From Ignavibacteriota bacterium (GTDB lineage: Bacteria > Bacteroidota > Ignavibacteria > UBA10030 > UBA6906): a stretch of 64,000 nt of DNA. Under the pieces are notes generated by a model. The model made no database searches, was not told the origin of the DNA, and saw nothing but the letters and a program-made list of their open reading frames with translations. The position numbers and the translations under genes are program-made. Location of the stretch: NCBI GenBank assembly GCA_963801355.1, contig CAWDEM010000004.1:1440001-1504000 (forward strand), given 5' to 3'. This document shows, one piece after another, positions 26,679 through 36,847 of the stretch (its first letter is position 1; each line of letters starts with the position of its first letter).

Positions 26679-29174
26679 ATGAGTACTCCTTCAATCGTTA
26701 TGACCGCCCTCGCAGTCATGTGTCTCCCGATGGTACCGTCCGCTGCACAAACACATGCAGTCGCCGGCGGGAACACTTATGACATTGACCGTTGCGTGAA
26801 CAGTTTCACGCAGGCCCGGATTGAGTCGACCGGTGCCGGATACCAGTACTGGTTTGCCGACAAGAAGTTTCTGGACGGCCGGACGTTGAAACTGAGTGTC
26901 ATCAGACCGCACGAAGGAACCCATCCCCCTCATGCTCACCGGGAAGACGAGTTTTTCTTTGTACTGGAGGGACGGGCGGAATTCTCCCTCGACGGAAAGA
27001 CCCGGGTGGTGGATCCTTATACCAGTCTTTATTGTCCGCCGCAGGTCAGGCACGGCATTCGGAATGCCGGCGACGGAGAGCTGAAGTATCTGGTAATCAA
27101 AAAGTATCCGATGCCTGACCCGGGAGCCATGGGCAACGCAGACACCGTAAGTACCCAGAGTTTCTATGACAGTGCACATCACTGGTACGATATCCGGGAT
27201 GAGGCGCGCGAAATAGATCCTCAACCCGGACGACCCAGATACGGCACGCAGGAAGTGTCACGGATTGCGGACAATATTGTGCTCTACCAGAAGCCGAATG
27301 GCGGGTGGCCCAAGAACTACGATATGCGGGCGATCCTCACCGATGCACAGAAAAGCATCCTTGCGAAGAAACAAAACGGGAGGTCGACGACCTTTGACAA
27401 TGGCGCCACGCACTCACAGGTGCAGTATCTCGCCGAAGCGTATCGCATCACGCATCAGGGCCGGCACCGCGACGCATGTGTGCGCGGGATTGATTTCATC
27501 CTGAAGGCGCAATTGCCCAACGGCGGATGGCAGCAGTTCTATCCGGACACCACCGGATACCGCCGCTACATCACGTTCAACGACGGTGCGATGATCGGCG
27601 TGATGAAAGTGCTTCAGCGGATCGTGGAGAACACACCGGAGTACTCGTTCCTCGATCCGGCACGGCGTGCCAGAGCACGCAAGGCATTCACGAAGGGGGT
27701 GGAGTGCATCGTGAAGTGTCAGATCAGGGACGGAGAAGGGCTGACCGCATGGGCACAGCAGCACGACAATCACGACTTCAGCCCCCGGCCGGCTCGTTCG
27801 TTCGAACCCGTGGCAATCACGGGAATGGAAAGTGCGGAAATCGTGCTCTTTCTGATGTCATTGCCCGCACCGTCGGCAGAAGTCGTCAACGCCGTTCAGT
27901 GTGCGGTACGGTGGTTTGACCGGACGCGCATCACCGGCGTGCGGGTGAGGGAAATGCGAGCGCCACGGGCGCAGTACATGTACCACACTACCGAGACGGA
28001 CAGAATCCTCGTGTCTGATCCCAACGCTCCGCCTCTCTGGGCGCGCTATTACGAACTCGGGTCGCAGGTACCTCTCTTCTGCAACCGCGACGGGAAAATA
28101 GTCTATTCGCTCGCGGAGGTCGAACGGGAACGTCGAACGGGGTACGCGTGGTACACGGAAGATCCGGCAGAAGTGTTGAAGCAGTATCCGGTCTGGCAGC
28201 AAACCCATGCACCGGGGGCGAACGTAACCGCGAGGCCCCGGACTCCGGATCCCATGTCACCACCTCTGGATACGTCATTTACGACATGGATTGTGTGGCA
28301 GAAGCTTCGTGAGGAGCACCCCCGGGCAGTGCCTGTGGTGGTGCCGCCGTCACCTGAGGTTCGTGTCTGGGTGAACCTCGTGTACACCGCGCATGGGTAC
28401 AGGCATCTTTCGCTTGACCTGTTCGCTCCCGAGGATCAGGGTGAGGGGCCGTTCCCGGGTGTTGTGATCATTCATGGCGGCGGTTGGCGTTCGGGCGACA
28501 GGAAGATGGAGACGCCGATGGCGCGCTATCTTGCCGCCCACGGGTTCGTCGCTGTCACCGTAGAGTACCGGCTTTCGCCGGAGGCGCAGTACCCCGCGGC
28601 AGTGCAGGATCTCAAGGCGGCAATCAGGTGGATGCGCGCTCATGCCGGCGAGTACCGCATCGATTCGTCGCGCATCGCCGTCATGGGTGGGTCAGCGGGA
28701 GGGACGCTCGCGGCCCTCCTCGGAACGACGGGAGACCGGAAGGAATTCGAGAGCAAGGGCACGCATCCCGGCTATTCCACGGCCGTGCAGGCGATTATCG
28801 ACATCGACGGGGTTGTGGACTTCACCGACAGTGCCGAAAGCGGGAAGGACCTTGATCCGGCGAAGCCTTCGGCGGGGAAGCTGTGGTTCGGAAATGCGTA
28901 TCATGACCGGCCGGAGCTCTGGAAAGAGGCGTCACCACTGACGTGGGCGAGTGCGGTGACGCCGCCGATCATGTTCATCAACAGTTCAATCGAACGGTTT
29001 CACGCGGGACGGGATGCGATGATTGCCAGACTGAACGCTCGCGGTGTGTATTCCGAAGTGCACACGTTGCAGGGGACACCGCACACCTTCTGGCTTTTCC
29101 ACCCCTGGTTCAATGAAACCTCAACGCTCGTCGCGGCATTTCTCAACCGGACACTGCGGGGGACTACTCGGTGA
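26679..29174 (+). CDS. Secreted three-domain fusion: cupin + PL10 (PelA-type) pectate lyase + alpha/beta esterase
   Basis: Cupin HPPHAHREDEFFFVLEG...HGIRN; PL10 YQKPNGGWPKN, TFDNGAT, ITFNDGAM, AWAQQH, ARSFEP, ERRTGYAW; hydrolase HGGGW, EYRLSP, GGSAGG, HTFW. Confidence 0.88.
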   Translation: MSTPSIVMTALAVMCLPMVPSAAQTHAVAGGNTYDIDRCVNSFTQARIESTGAGYQYWFADKKFLDGRTLKLSVIRPHEGTHPPHAHREDEFFFVLEGRAEFSLDGKTRVVDPYTSLYCPPQVRHGIRNAGDGELKYLVIKKYPMPDPGAMGNADTVSTQSFYDSAHHWYDIRDEAREIDPQPGRPRYGTQEVSRIADNIVLYQKPNGGWPKNYDMRAILTDAQKSILAKKQNGRSTTFDNGATHSQVQYLAEAYRITHQGRHRDACVRGIDFILKAQLPNGGWQQFYPDTTGYRRYITFNDGAMIGVMKVLQRIVENTPEYSFLDPARRARARKAFTKGVECIVKCQIRDGEGLTAWAQQHDNHDFSPRPARSFEPVAITGMESAEIVLFLMSLPAPSAEVVNAVQCAVRWFDRTRITGVRVREMRAPRAQYMYHTTETDRILVSDPNAPPLWARYYELGSQVPLFCNRDGKIVYSLAEVERERRTGYAWYTEDPAEVLKQYPVWQQTHAPGANVTARPRTPDPMSPPLDTSFTTWIVWQKLREEHPRAVPVVVPPSPEVRVWVNLVYTAHGYRHLSLDLFAPEDQGEGPFPGVVIIHGGGWRSGDRKMETPMARYLAAHGFVAVTVEYRLSPEAQYPAAVQDLKAAIRWMRAHAGEYRIDSSRIAVMGGSAGGTLAALLGTTGDRKEFESKGTHPGYSTAVQAIIDIDGVVDFTDSAESGKDLDPAKPSAGKLWFGNAYHDRPELWKEASPLTWASAVTPPIMFINSSIERFHAGRDAMIARLNARGVYSEVHTLQGTPHTFWLFHPWFNETSTLVAAFLNRTLRGTTR

Positions 29175-30393
29175 ACTTCGCGAGCACATCACGGGCCGCA
29201 TCTTTGTGCACAGAGATCCCGAGCATTTTCAACTTCACATAGTCTTCATGGAAGAAGTAGTACCCCGGGTGCGCGCTGTTGTAAGCAGTGCTCCATGAAT
29301 CTTTGACCAGATACCAGTCTTTGCCATCCTTTTCGGTGTACCCCACAAGGTGCAGTCCGTGATCATCGGTGGTGGTCCCGTTACTAAAACGGAACTGCCG
29401 TGACAGCTCGTCGATTCCCGAAGAGAGGATATCAAATGACGGCACGACGGCGATCCCGGCGGAGCCGTAGGAATACCCCGCCTCGGAGAAGTCTCCCCCG
29501 ATTGCTACGGAATACCCGTTGCGGATGGCATTCTTGAGTGTTCGCATGAAATCATCCAGGGGGATGTTGTAGTAGTCCATGCTGTGCCACCAGTTGTCCG
29601 GCACTTCGAACTCCACCTTCCGGAAGTAGGGTTTTTCCATCAGCGAAAAGAGGTCCACGTAGTCGTCGGGATTCAAACGCACGACATCGGCCAGATATTC
29701 CTGGGGGGTCATGTTCCTGCCGTCCACTGTCACCGTTGCAGGCGGGGGGCCCAGATAGTGGTCCAGGATGGAACGGACTGTTGCGACGACCTCCTCCTCA
29801 TTCCAGGCATTGCGGTCCCTGATGCCGTTGAGATAGTTCTCGATCTCGGGGAAAAGAGTGTTTTCGTGGTCATGGAATTTCATTCCGCTTTTGAAGCCGG
29901 TGTACGCCGGGCCGGGCACGGCACCGTATTTCTTCCAGATGCGGAACACCGCGTTTGCCTCCGAGCCTTCGCCGATATGTGTCTTCCCTCGTGTCTGTAC
30001 GAACGCTCTTGCTTTCTCAACATACTCCCAGTACACCGTGTGCAGTTCGGAAAGCTTGATCTCGCATCTTGTCAGTCGATAGATCTCCGATTCGAGGAGG
30101 GATGTTGTGGAGAAGGACCAGCACATCCCCGAGAGGCCCTGGGGAAGAGGAGGGAAATGCCAGACGCTTTTGAATTCAGGGATTGCTGAGGGGGCCGATA
30201 TAGTCGAGAAATCAAGCTGCATCTTCTCCTTTGCCGGTTCGTCCGGCCCGGCTCGTTTCAATTCCGCTTTGATGGAATCTTTCATGCGATCGTTCTTTAC
30301 TTCGAACACCGCGCGGTCGCGGCGGTCCTGCGCCCGCAGTCCGAGCAACGCGGGGAGAAGTACGATCAGGAGAAGGCCGGCAATTCGTTTCAC
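29164..30393 (-). CDS. Secreted C1-family cysteine aminopeptidase (bleomycin hydrolase/PepC-like)
   Basis: QGLSGMCWSFS (Cys), TDDHGLHLVG (His), VKDSW. Confidence 0.9.
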   Translation of the reverse strand: MKRIAGLLLIVLLPALLGLRAQDRRDRAVFEVKNDRMKDSIKAELKRAGPDEPAKEKMQLDFSTISAPSAIPEFKSVWHFPPLPQGLSGMCWSFSTTSLLESEIYRLTRCEIKLSELHTVYWEYVEKARAFVQTRGKTHIGEGSEANAVFRIWKKYGAVPGPAYTGFKSGMKFHDHENTLFPEIENYLNGIRDRNAWNEEEVVATVRSILDHYLGPPPATVTVDGRNMTPQEYLADVVRLNPDDYVDLFSLMEKPYFRKVEFEVPDNWWHSMDYYNIPLDDFMRTLKNAIRNGYSVAIGGDFSEAGYSYGSAGIAVVPSFDILSSGIDELSRQFRFSNGTTTDDHGLHLVGYTEKDGKDWYLVKDSWSTAYNSAHPGYYFFHEDYVKLKMLGISVHKDAARDVLAKFTE

Positions 30394-30420
30394 GGGTTCA
30401 CTCCTTGAGACTGCACACGT

Positions 30421-32619
30421 TTATCGGCGTGGGCCGATCTGTTCAAACGGAATTGGTTGAAACTCCGGCAGGTTCCGGTACACGTCGGCGTCTTTCTTCA
30501 AGCGAAAATCGAGAGCTCCGGAATTGACAAAACCCGGATCCGTCCGGGTGATATAGTTGTCACCAAAATCACACTGCGCATACTTACCCACCAGGCGAAA
30601 CGTTTCGTCGTAGTTCACGAGCACGTTTCTGTCAAAAGTATTTCGCCGGGGGCGCATACCGACATAGGTCTTGCCGTCCGGAAGAAGGTCGAGCCAATCT
30701 TTCAGCCCGGGGTAGCGTTCACTGTAGGGAGGGATCCGGATGTCCACAGAACAGGTCAACCGGTTCGTGTAGATGCCGTTTTCACCGAAGAAGTAGGGGA
30801 TTTCAAACTGCCCGAAATCATACCACATGGACTTGAGCTGGTACGCCGGCCCGAAGCCCTCAATGAAAATATTGTTGCGTACGGTGATATCGTGTCCGCC
30901 GTTGCTGTACACCGTTCCGTACGAAGCGACGCGATAGAAGACGTTTCCTTCGATCAGCACGCCGCAGGTTGCATCATCGCAATACACACCCATCATCCAC
31001 TTCCGGTCGGGGCGTCCAACTTCGTAGAAGAAGTTCCATCGGACGATGTTGCCCTGGTCACTCGGGTCGCGCCCGAGGTACCAGGCCGAGGCGTCATTCG
31101 CGTTGCGGGCGACATGGTGAATTCGGTTGAATTCGCACACGTGATCATTTCCGTGGACGATGATCGCCTGCAGGTCGCCGTCGAATATTTCATTGTGAAC
31201 CACGCGGTTGCCGCAGCCGTCGACGATCACACCGGCGGCGCCCGCCTTGTTCCTCCGTGTGAACTCATGAATCCGGCAATCGGTCACGGTGCATCCTCCC
31301 GCGACCAGGTCTTTCTTGCTCCCGCCGCCAAGAATAATTCCGCCGGAGCCGGTGTTGTAGATGTCGCACCGTTCGATGACGTGGCCCTTGCCCGCATTGC
31401 GATCCCAGACGGTATTCCGGTACATCTGTGAGTGCAACGAACCCACTTCACGTGATGAGGGAACACCGGTGTAGTCATCTGCGGTGATATGCGGAAAGGT
31501 CTGGCGGGCTCCGCATCCCAGCATCACCCCGACCGTCCCGAAGTTCCTGATGGTACATCCGGCGATGCGGTTGCGTGCCCCGCCTTCCATGGAGATGCCC
31601 AGGCCCCGGCCATTTTCGACAATGAGGTTTCGCAACACGCAGTCCGAGGCCTCTTCAATGGCAATCAGCGGTTGTTCCAGAATGGAAACCTCAATGCGTG
31701 CCGTTGTCATGTCCCCGGGGGGCCAGAGGAAAAGAAGTCCGGAAGGTGGATCCACGTACCACTCGCCGGGGGTGTCGAGCTCTTCGAGAAGATTCAGCGC
31801 CACGTATTGATTGAAATTCTCGCCGCTGCCGAGTCCGTACATGTGGGGAGATGCCAGCGTCACTTCCTGCCGCACGGTGTCGATCCGGGCTATCTTGATC
31901 TTGTCGTCGGCGAAGCCGTGATGAAAGAAGCCCTGCAGCCATGCATCCGGTGCAGAGACCCACCTGTTGTGGCGGACATCGGTATACCGGAACCGTCCGG
32001 CACGCCCGCTGTAGTCACCGATACGCGGTACCGATCCGGTATCGATCACCGGACCCATGAGAATGGCGCCTGCGTTCGGATAGCGTGCGATTTGCATCAC
32101 CGAATCGTTCCAGAATAGCTCCATCGGGGCGGGCACAACCGGCAGCCCGTGTCCGTACTGTCTGTGCGTGCCAAAATCCCTGATCCCGAGTGCTCGCAGA
32201 TCGGCTTCGACAACAAAAGGGCGCGACGACGCCGGGAGGCGTTGCAGCGCTGCAGGGGCTCGTGCCGAACGGAAAGCCGTGACCGGCAGGGGGACGCCTC
32301 CGGAAAGGCGCACAGTTTCATTGCCGTATGCCGAGATAACCAGGGGTGCGTCCGGTGTTCCTGCATCAGCCTTTCCGAGCTCAAACGTCCGGACGAGGGC
32401 GTACGTGCCTCTCCGTAGCCAGATCGTTGCGGTGTCGCCGTTTGCGATGCCACCCTCCGCTCTGAGCGAACGCACACGGTCCCTGGCGGGTTCCAGTGTC
32501 CTAAAGGGCTTGTCGGGTGTTCCCGGATTCTTATCGTTGCCGGCGGGTGAAACATAGAAATCGGCCGCATTCGCCGATGACACCAGGGCACATAATACCA
32601 GAGAGAAGAGACTCTTCAT
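30421..32619 (-). CDS. Secreted right-handed beta-helix protein (GH141-like glycoside hydrolase candidate)
   Basis: Signal peptide; FYVSPAGNDKNPGT..PFRT, LRRGTY, IARYPN, LEELDTPGEWY, repeated NxIxxN beta-helix turns, GVYCDD. Confidence 0.75.
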   Translation of the reverse strand: MKSLFSLVLCALVSSANAADFYVSPAGNDKNPGTPDKPFRTLEPARDRVRSLRAEGGIANGDTATIWLRRGTYALVRTFELGKADAGTPDAPLVISAYGNETVRLSGGVPLPVTAFRSARAPAALQRLPASSRPFVVEADLRALGIRDFGTHRQYGHGLPVVPAPMELFWNDSVMQIARYPNAGAILMGPVIDTGSVPRIGDYSGRAGRFRYTDVRHNRWVSAPDAWLQGFFHHGFADDKIKIARIDTVRQEVTLASPHMYGLGSGENFNQYVALNLLEELDTPGEWYVDPPSGLLFLWPPGDMTTARIEVSILEQPLIAIEEASDCVLRNLIVENGRGLGISMEGGARNRIAGCTIRNFGTVGVMLGCGARQTFPHITADDYTGVPSSREVGSLHSQMYRNTVWDRNAGKGHVIERCDIYNTGSGGIILGGGSKKDLVAGGCTVTDCRIHEFTRRNKAGAAGVIVDGCGNRVVHNEIFDGDLQAIIVHGNDHVCEFNRIHHVARNANDASAWYLGRDPSDQGNIVRWNFFYEVGRPDRKWMMGVYCDDATCGVLIEGNVFYRVASYGTVYSNGGHDITVRNNIFIEGFGPAYQLKSMWYDFGQFEIPYFFGENGIYTNRLTCSVDIRIPPYSERYPGLKDWLDLLPDGKTYVGMRPRRNTFDRNVLVNYDETFRLVGKYAQCDFGDNYITRTDPGFVNSGALDFRLKKDADVYRNLPEFQPIPFEQIGPRR

Positions 32620-32824
32620 GATGGTATGTTCTATGGGTGAAGAGAGCTGTGAAGGATGAGAAAAAAGGATAGATGACGATATCAATCTATGATTTGGCCG
32701 GCCAATGTCAAAGGTGCGATTTTGGGGATGCGGCTTTGTGTGCGGCTTTATGGCTCTTTCCGCTTGACATTTTCACCGCAATCACTGTTCTTGAATACAT
32801 CTCCATGACCATAGTGCCGACCCC

Positions 32825-33166
32825 GTGACACATGTGCGAAACATAGCGATGATAATGCTTGCGCTCCTCTATCTCGGAGGAGCCTGTGCACAGGCATCCG
32901 GAGTGACGTTTCCGCCCACCGGCACCGGCAACAAGGTCTACGCCGACTTCAAGGGGAAGGGGAAGGAACCACCGCGTCTCACGGTCTCCTACCGCCGGCA
33001 CATGCCGTTGGTCAAACCAGTGGTAGTTCCGCCGGCCGTTGCCGTTCTTCAGCCTCAGATCCATCAGCATGAAGAATGTGAGATCGTTCCCGAGCCACGA
33101 TTCTGCCTCACCCCGCACGCCTCGCTTTCGTTCTGCCGCAATGATAGGGCTCCTCCGCGCATCTGA
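32825..33166 (+). CDS. Small secretory protein ending in RAPP (candidate translation-arrest uORF)
   Basis: N-terminal signal/TM IAMIMLALLYLGGACAQA, Pro-rich linker, C-terminus NDRAPPRI-stop; TTGACA at 32764. Start uncertain (GTG 32825 or ATG 32849). Confidence 0.6.
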   Translation: MTHVRNIAMIMLALLYLGGACAQASGVTFPPTGTGNKVYADFKGKGKEPPRLTVSYRRHMPLVKPVVVPPAVAVLQPQIHQHEECEIVPEPRFCLTPHASLSFCRNDRAPPRI

Positions 33167-33330
33167 CTGCCACGCCGGTCCGGCGTTTCGATCCAGCGCA
33201 ACACATTGTCCTGCCTGCAAGCGTATGATCCCGTCCTTCACCTCATCTGCCGGGACGGGCAGTCGATGGTGCAGGGTACGGGAGGAAACGACCCCTTGCC
33301 CGCAGGCCCAATATGACCGAGGAGTACTTC

Positions 33331-33558
33331 ATGGCACACCGCAGCAAAGCACGTCGTCAATCTGTCGCAGAACCGACCACGCCCGAAGTGAAGATCGAGG
33401 GCCCGATGGTCGCCAAACCGGCAGGCAAACCCGCGCCGGTTCCACAGGCGAATACCAGCGTTGATTCAGGCAGACCGGCATGGCAGGTCATTTTTGTGCT
33501 CTCTGCAATTGGCCTCAGCGTTCTCCTGCTGATTGCCAAGGCGGTCGGTCTGCTGTAG
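33331..33558 (+). CDS. Small tail-anchored membrane protein (75 aa)
   Basis: SD GAGGAG before ATG 33331; hydrophilic N-terminus and a single C-terminal TM (WQVIFVLSAIGLSVLLLIAKAVGLL). Confidence 0.65.
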   Translation: MAHRSKARRQSVAEPTTPEVKIEGPMVAKPAGKPAPVPQANTSVDSGRPAWQVIFVLSAIGLSVLLLIAKAVGLL

Positions 33559-33624
33559 TGCCGGCAGCTGTTCCACAGCTGTCGATCGCTTGACGTTCTG
33601 GCACTTTCAAAGAAAGTGGGTGAG

Positions 33625-34866
33625 ATGACTTCGTCTCACGGTTCGGCGCCCCGGAAGAAACGTCCGCATGGCGTTGCCTCCCGGAAGCGGGCCATCATGT
33701 ATGTCGGGATCGCGGGGATTGCACTGCTTGTCCTGGCGGCGGCCTTCCTCGTGGTGAATCCTGCCAGGGATTCTCCTCCGGCGCGTCTCGCAAAGAGTGA
33801 GGCCGGAGGGGGCAGCCATCAGCCCCTGCCGACGGATCTCTGGCTCCAGCGGGCGTATCTGATTGACCGTCTTTATCATCAGGTCTATACGCCCGGCTGG
33901 GAGGGTGCATATGGGGCAATGGGGGATGCATACCTGTTTGCGGCCACGCACGACTCCGCCCTCCTCCGGTTTCACTTTGTGGAACAACCCCTCACCCGGC
34001 TTTCCAACGGGTACTGGCTGGACGACCGTGCATGGGCATGTCTCGCCCAACTCACATGGTGGGAGATCACCGGCAAGACCAACATGGGGCTGGTCAGCGA
34101 TGCCGCGCAACGGTACAACGACGCGCGTGCGGCAGGAATGCTTTCAAACCACGAAGGATACTGGACCTGGTACAACTACCCGCGTGGCGCGCGGGTGAAC
34201 GATCCCGTGTTTACCAACACGAATATGAACCAGATGGCACAGGTCGCATGCCGCCTGTACGATGCGACGCGCGATGAACGGTATCTTAAGGATGCCCTGC
34301 TGGTGTGGAACGGAGATGCAATCTCTCCGGGCGTTGAGAAGAGGCTGTATCGTGGAAGCGGCCGGTGGCAGGGGAGGGAGGGAAGGGCTGCTTTCGGACG
34401 GGAGCTTCCGTGGGACGGAGCAGGGTACTGTTCACTCGGCGCATCGTTGTACCGGACGACAGGGGATCCCCGGTACAAGAAGATCGTCGTTGAAACAACA
34501 CAGCGGATTCTTTCCCCGGAAGCCGGTTGGGTTGACCCTGTCGATTTCTACCAGCTGCACATGGATGGAAACGGTGCATTCGTTCATTTTCTTATGGATG
34601 CGTACTCGATCGCACCGGCCGAGTTGCATGACGTTCCCGTGAAGGTCGCGAAGATGCTCGAGCACGTCTGGACGAACCACCATGGTGCCGCGCGGGTGCT
34701 CCTTCACCGGGAGGCCGATCACGGTATCCGCAACGGGTGGAATCCGGAGGGCGGAGAAGATGGGTACGGCGTGGACGAAATCGGCACCGTCCACGCTCAG
34801 GGAGAGGCGGTCAGGGCTTTTGGCGTCTTTGCATACTTCAGGAATGCCCCGGTCGCGGGGCGGTAG
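33625..34866 (+). CDS. Membrane-anchored (alpha/alpha)6 glycoside hydrolase, GH76-like
   Basis: N-terminal TM; YWLDDRAW resembles the GH76 YxDDxxW catalytic Asp pair; NTNMN, LYDATRDERYL, LYRTTGDPRY helical repeats. Confidence 0.65.
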   Translation: MTSSHGSAPRKKRPHGVASRKRAIMYVGIAGIALLVLAAAFLVVNPARDSPPARLAKSEAGGGSHQPLPTDLWLQRAYLIDRLYHQVYTPGWEGAYGAMGDAYLFAATHDSALLRFHFVEQPLTRLSNGYWLDDRAWACLAQLTWWEITGKTNMGLVSDAAQRYNDARAAGMLSNHEGYWTWYNYPRGARVNDPVFTNTNMNQMAQVACRLYDATRDERYLKDALLVWNGDAISPGVEKRLYRGSGRWQGREGRAAFGRELPWDGAGYCSLGASLYRTTGDPRYKKIVVETTQRILSPEAGWVDPVDFYQLHMDGNGAFVHFLMDAYSIAPAELHDVPVKVAKMLEHVWTNHHGAARVLLHREADHGIRNGWNPEGGEDGYGVDEIGTVHAQGEAVRAFGVFAYFRNAPVAGR

Positions 34867-34869
34867 TCT

Positions 34870-36687
34870 TCACCGGCTGCTGTCCATGGAACAGAGAATA
34901 TCCCCTTTATAGCTCAGCAGCTTTATCTGGTGATCGATCGATTGCAGCCGGGCTTCGGCGAGGCAAACCTTCACCCGGAAGGATCCGGCCGAGTTAACCA
35001 CACTCATGGACTCCGGCGGAATGGTGTCGGAGCCCACACTGTCACGATCTGACAACACGGTTCGTGCGAAACGCCCAATATCGATCCTCGCGGAATCCAG
35101 GGGTATCCCGTCTCGTGTAAACGTGACGGTCAGCGTATCCAGGCTTGCACTCACCCGGTAGCTGAAGTGCTCGCAACGGTATGTCCGGCCGGTTTTTTCC
35201 GCGTTAATGTTCTGTGACCGCATCATGTAGTCGTAGCCGCGAATATCAAAAGCCTTATCTCTATCTGCCGTCAGGAGAGTAACGCCGCCGGGCAGTTCCC
35301 GGGCCCGCGTGTACTGAATCCCCAACAGAGCCGCAACATCTTCCGCGCTCTTGTACCTCACACCCGCCTTCGTCGTATCTTCCCTCAGGGCTTCGTTGTA
35401 CCAGGGTTGGATTGCATCGTATCCATGAATATCATGGAGATAGGAGAGGATGGCGCTGATTTCCCGTGTGTCGGATGCCTGGAGAATGCCGGCCGACTTC
35501 ACAGCTTTCCCGCCGGCGAACATGGCATTTTTCTGTAAGAGTGCCTCAAGGCGACTGACCTGGCTATGTTCCGCGACTGCGAAGACGCTCCAGGGTCCGA
35601 ACGTCACCAGTATGGTGCCCAGGAACAGCGATGCCGGTATGAACTTGATGTTTTTCCGGGGGAGGGCGAGAAAATAGAAAACCACGACGGCCAGCCACAC
35701 ACCAAGGGCAACGGCAAGATATCGCCCTTCCGTGACGCCATATTCGGAGACCCTTCGCCAGACCGCGAGGAAGAGCATGACGATGACGGGGATCAACGCA
35801 ACGTAGAACCATCGTGTCATCGTGCGGATCCAGAGATTCTCCGTCCGGCCGCTGAGAGGGTGCAACAGCATCAGACATAGTATTCCGGTGCCGGAAAATC
35901 CCAGTATAAGTTTGCTGACCCACCCCTCCGGCCACTCCCACGAAATGAGAATCTTGCCGAGGTAGGCGTAGAGAATCACCAGGTAGATGAGAACGATGGG
36001 CAGCAGAATGTGCTGTGCAAAGACTCTGAGCCCTTTGGGATAGTCCGATGAAGCACTGAATGATTCCCTCTCTTCGGGGATACCGGTCAGGAAGAACCAT
36101 GTGGTGAACATCCCGTTCACCAGAATGAAGAGCTGCGGGTAGCGTCTGCCGGGAATCTGCATGCCGAAGAGGTTGTCCAGGGCGGCCAGGGCGAATGCCA
36201 GACCGGCGAACACCACCTGGGCAAAGAGTGCCGAGATGAAGATCCTCAGAAAGAGCGTCTTATTGTACTGCCAGAACGCGTTGATATCCCGGTCGGCGAT
36301 GAAGGGGGCGAATGAGACAAACAGGTGTGCGGCGAAGGCCAGTAGAAGCAGCCGGATCGCGTGTATCGCGGGTGCCTCGCCGAGGTCGGAAGGGACCGTG
36401 CAGGCGTATGCGGCGACAATGAGTACTGCAGCGATCTTTATGCCCCATTCTCCACCACGGCCCCAATTCCGTTTCTCGACCGCGAGCGTGACTCCGGTGA
36501 GAATGGAGATTCCGAGAATGCCCCCGAAAAGCATACTCCAGAAAACTGTTGGTTGTGCCGGTCCTTCATGATCCAGGAGAATTACTGCCGAAGCGGTTCC
36601 TATCATGGCGCTGAGAAGCGGGAGAGGAAAGCGGGCGAACGTCTCTGCTGCATCGTGCGCGATATTTTGCATTGACGGGAGTCTCAT
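34870..36687 (-). CDS. DUF4153-type multi-pass membrane protein
   Basis: FARFPL, FWQYNK, ILLPIVLIYLVILYAY, RRVSEYGVTEGRY, FGPWS, SQVSRLE. Confidence 0.75.
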   Translation of the reverse strand: MRLPSMQNIAHDAAETFARFPLPLLSAMIGTASAVILLDHEGPAQPTVFWSMLFGGILGISILTGVTLAVEKRNWGRGGEWGIKIAAVLIVAAYACTVPSDLGEAPAIHAIRLLLLAFAAHLFVSFAPFIADRDINAFWQYNKTLFLRIFISALFAQVVFAGLAFALAALDNLFGMQIPGRRYPQLFILVNGMFTTWFFLTGIPEERESFSASSDYPKGLRVFAQHILLPIVLIYLVILYAYLGKILISWEWPEGWVSKLILGFSGTGILCLMLLHPLSGRTENLWIRTMTRWFYVALIPVIVMLFLAVWRRVSEYGVTEGRYLAVALGVWLAVVVFYFLALPRKNIKFIPASLFLGTILVTFGPWSVFAVAEHSQVSRLEALLQKNAMFAGGKAVKSAGILQASDTREISAILSYLHDIHGYDAIQPWYNEALREDTTKAGVRYKSAEDVAALLGIQYTRARELPGGVTLLTADRDKAFDIRGYDYMMRSQNINAEKTGRTYRCEHFSYRVSASLDTLTVTFTRDGIPLDSARIDIGRFARTVLSDRDSVGSDTIPPESMSVVNSAGSFRVKVCLAEARLQSIDHQIKLLSYKGDILCSMDSSR

Positions 36688-36847
36688 GGTGTGCCTCTGC
36701 TGAGAGAAGTTGCTGACCTTCAGAGCCCGGGGATATTCGGAATATGGCAAAGAATTCTCACAAAAGGGGAAAAGATTAGGAAACGAATTGAAAATTGTTC
36801 ATCTTATGCTGTGAGTTAAGCATGTCCCATACGCAGGATTAAATCGC

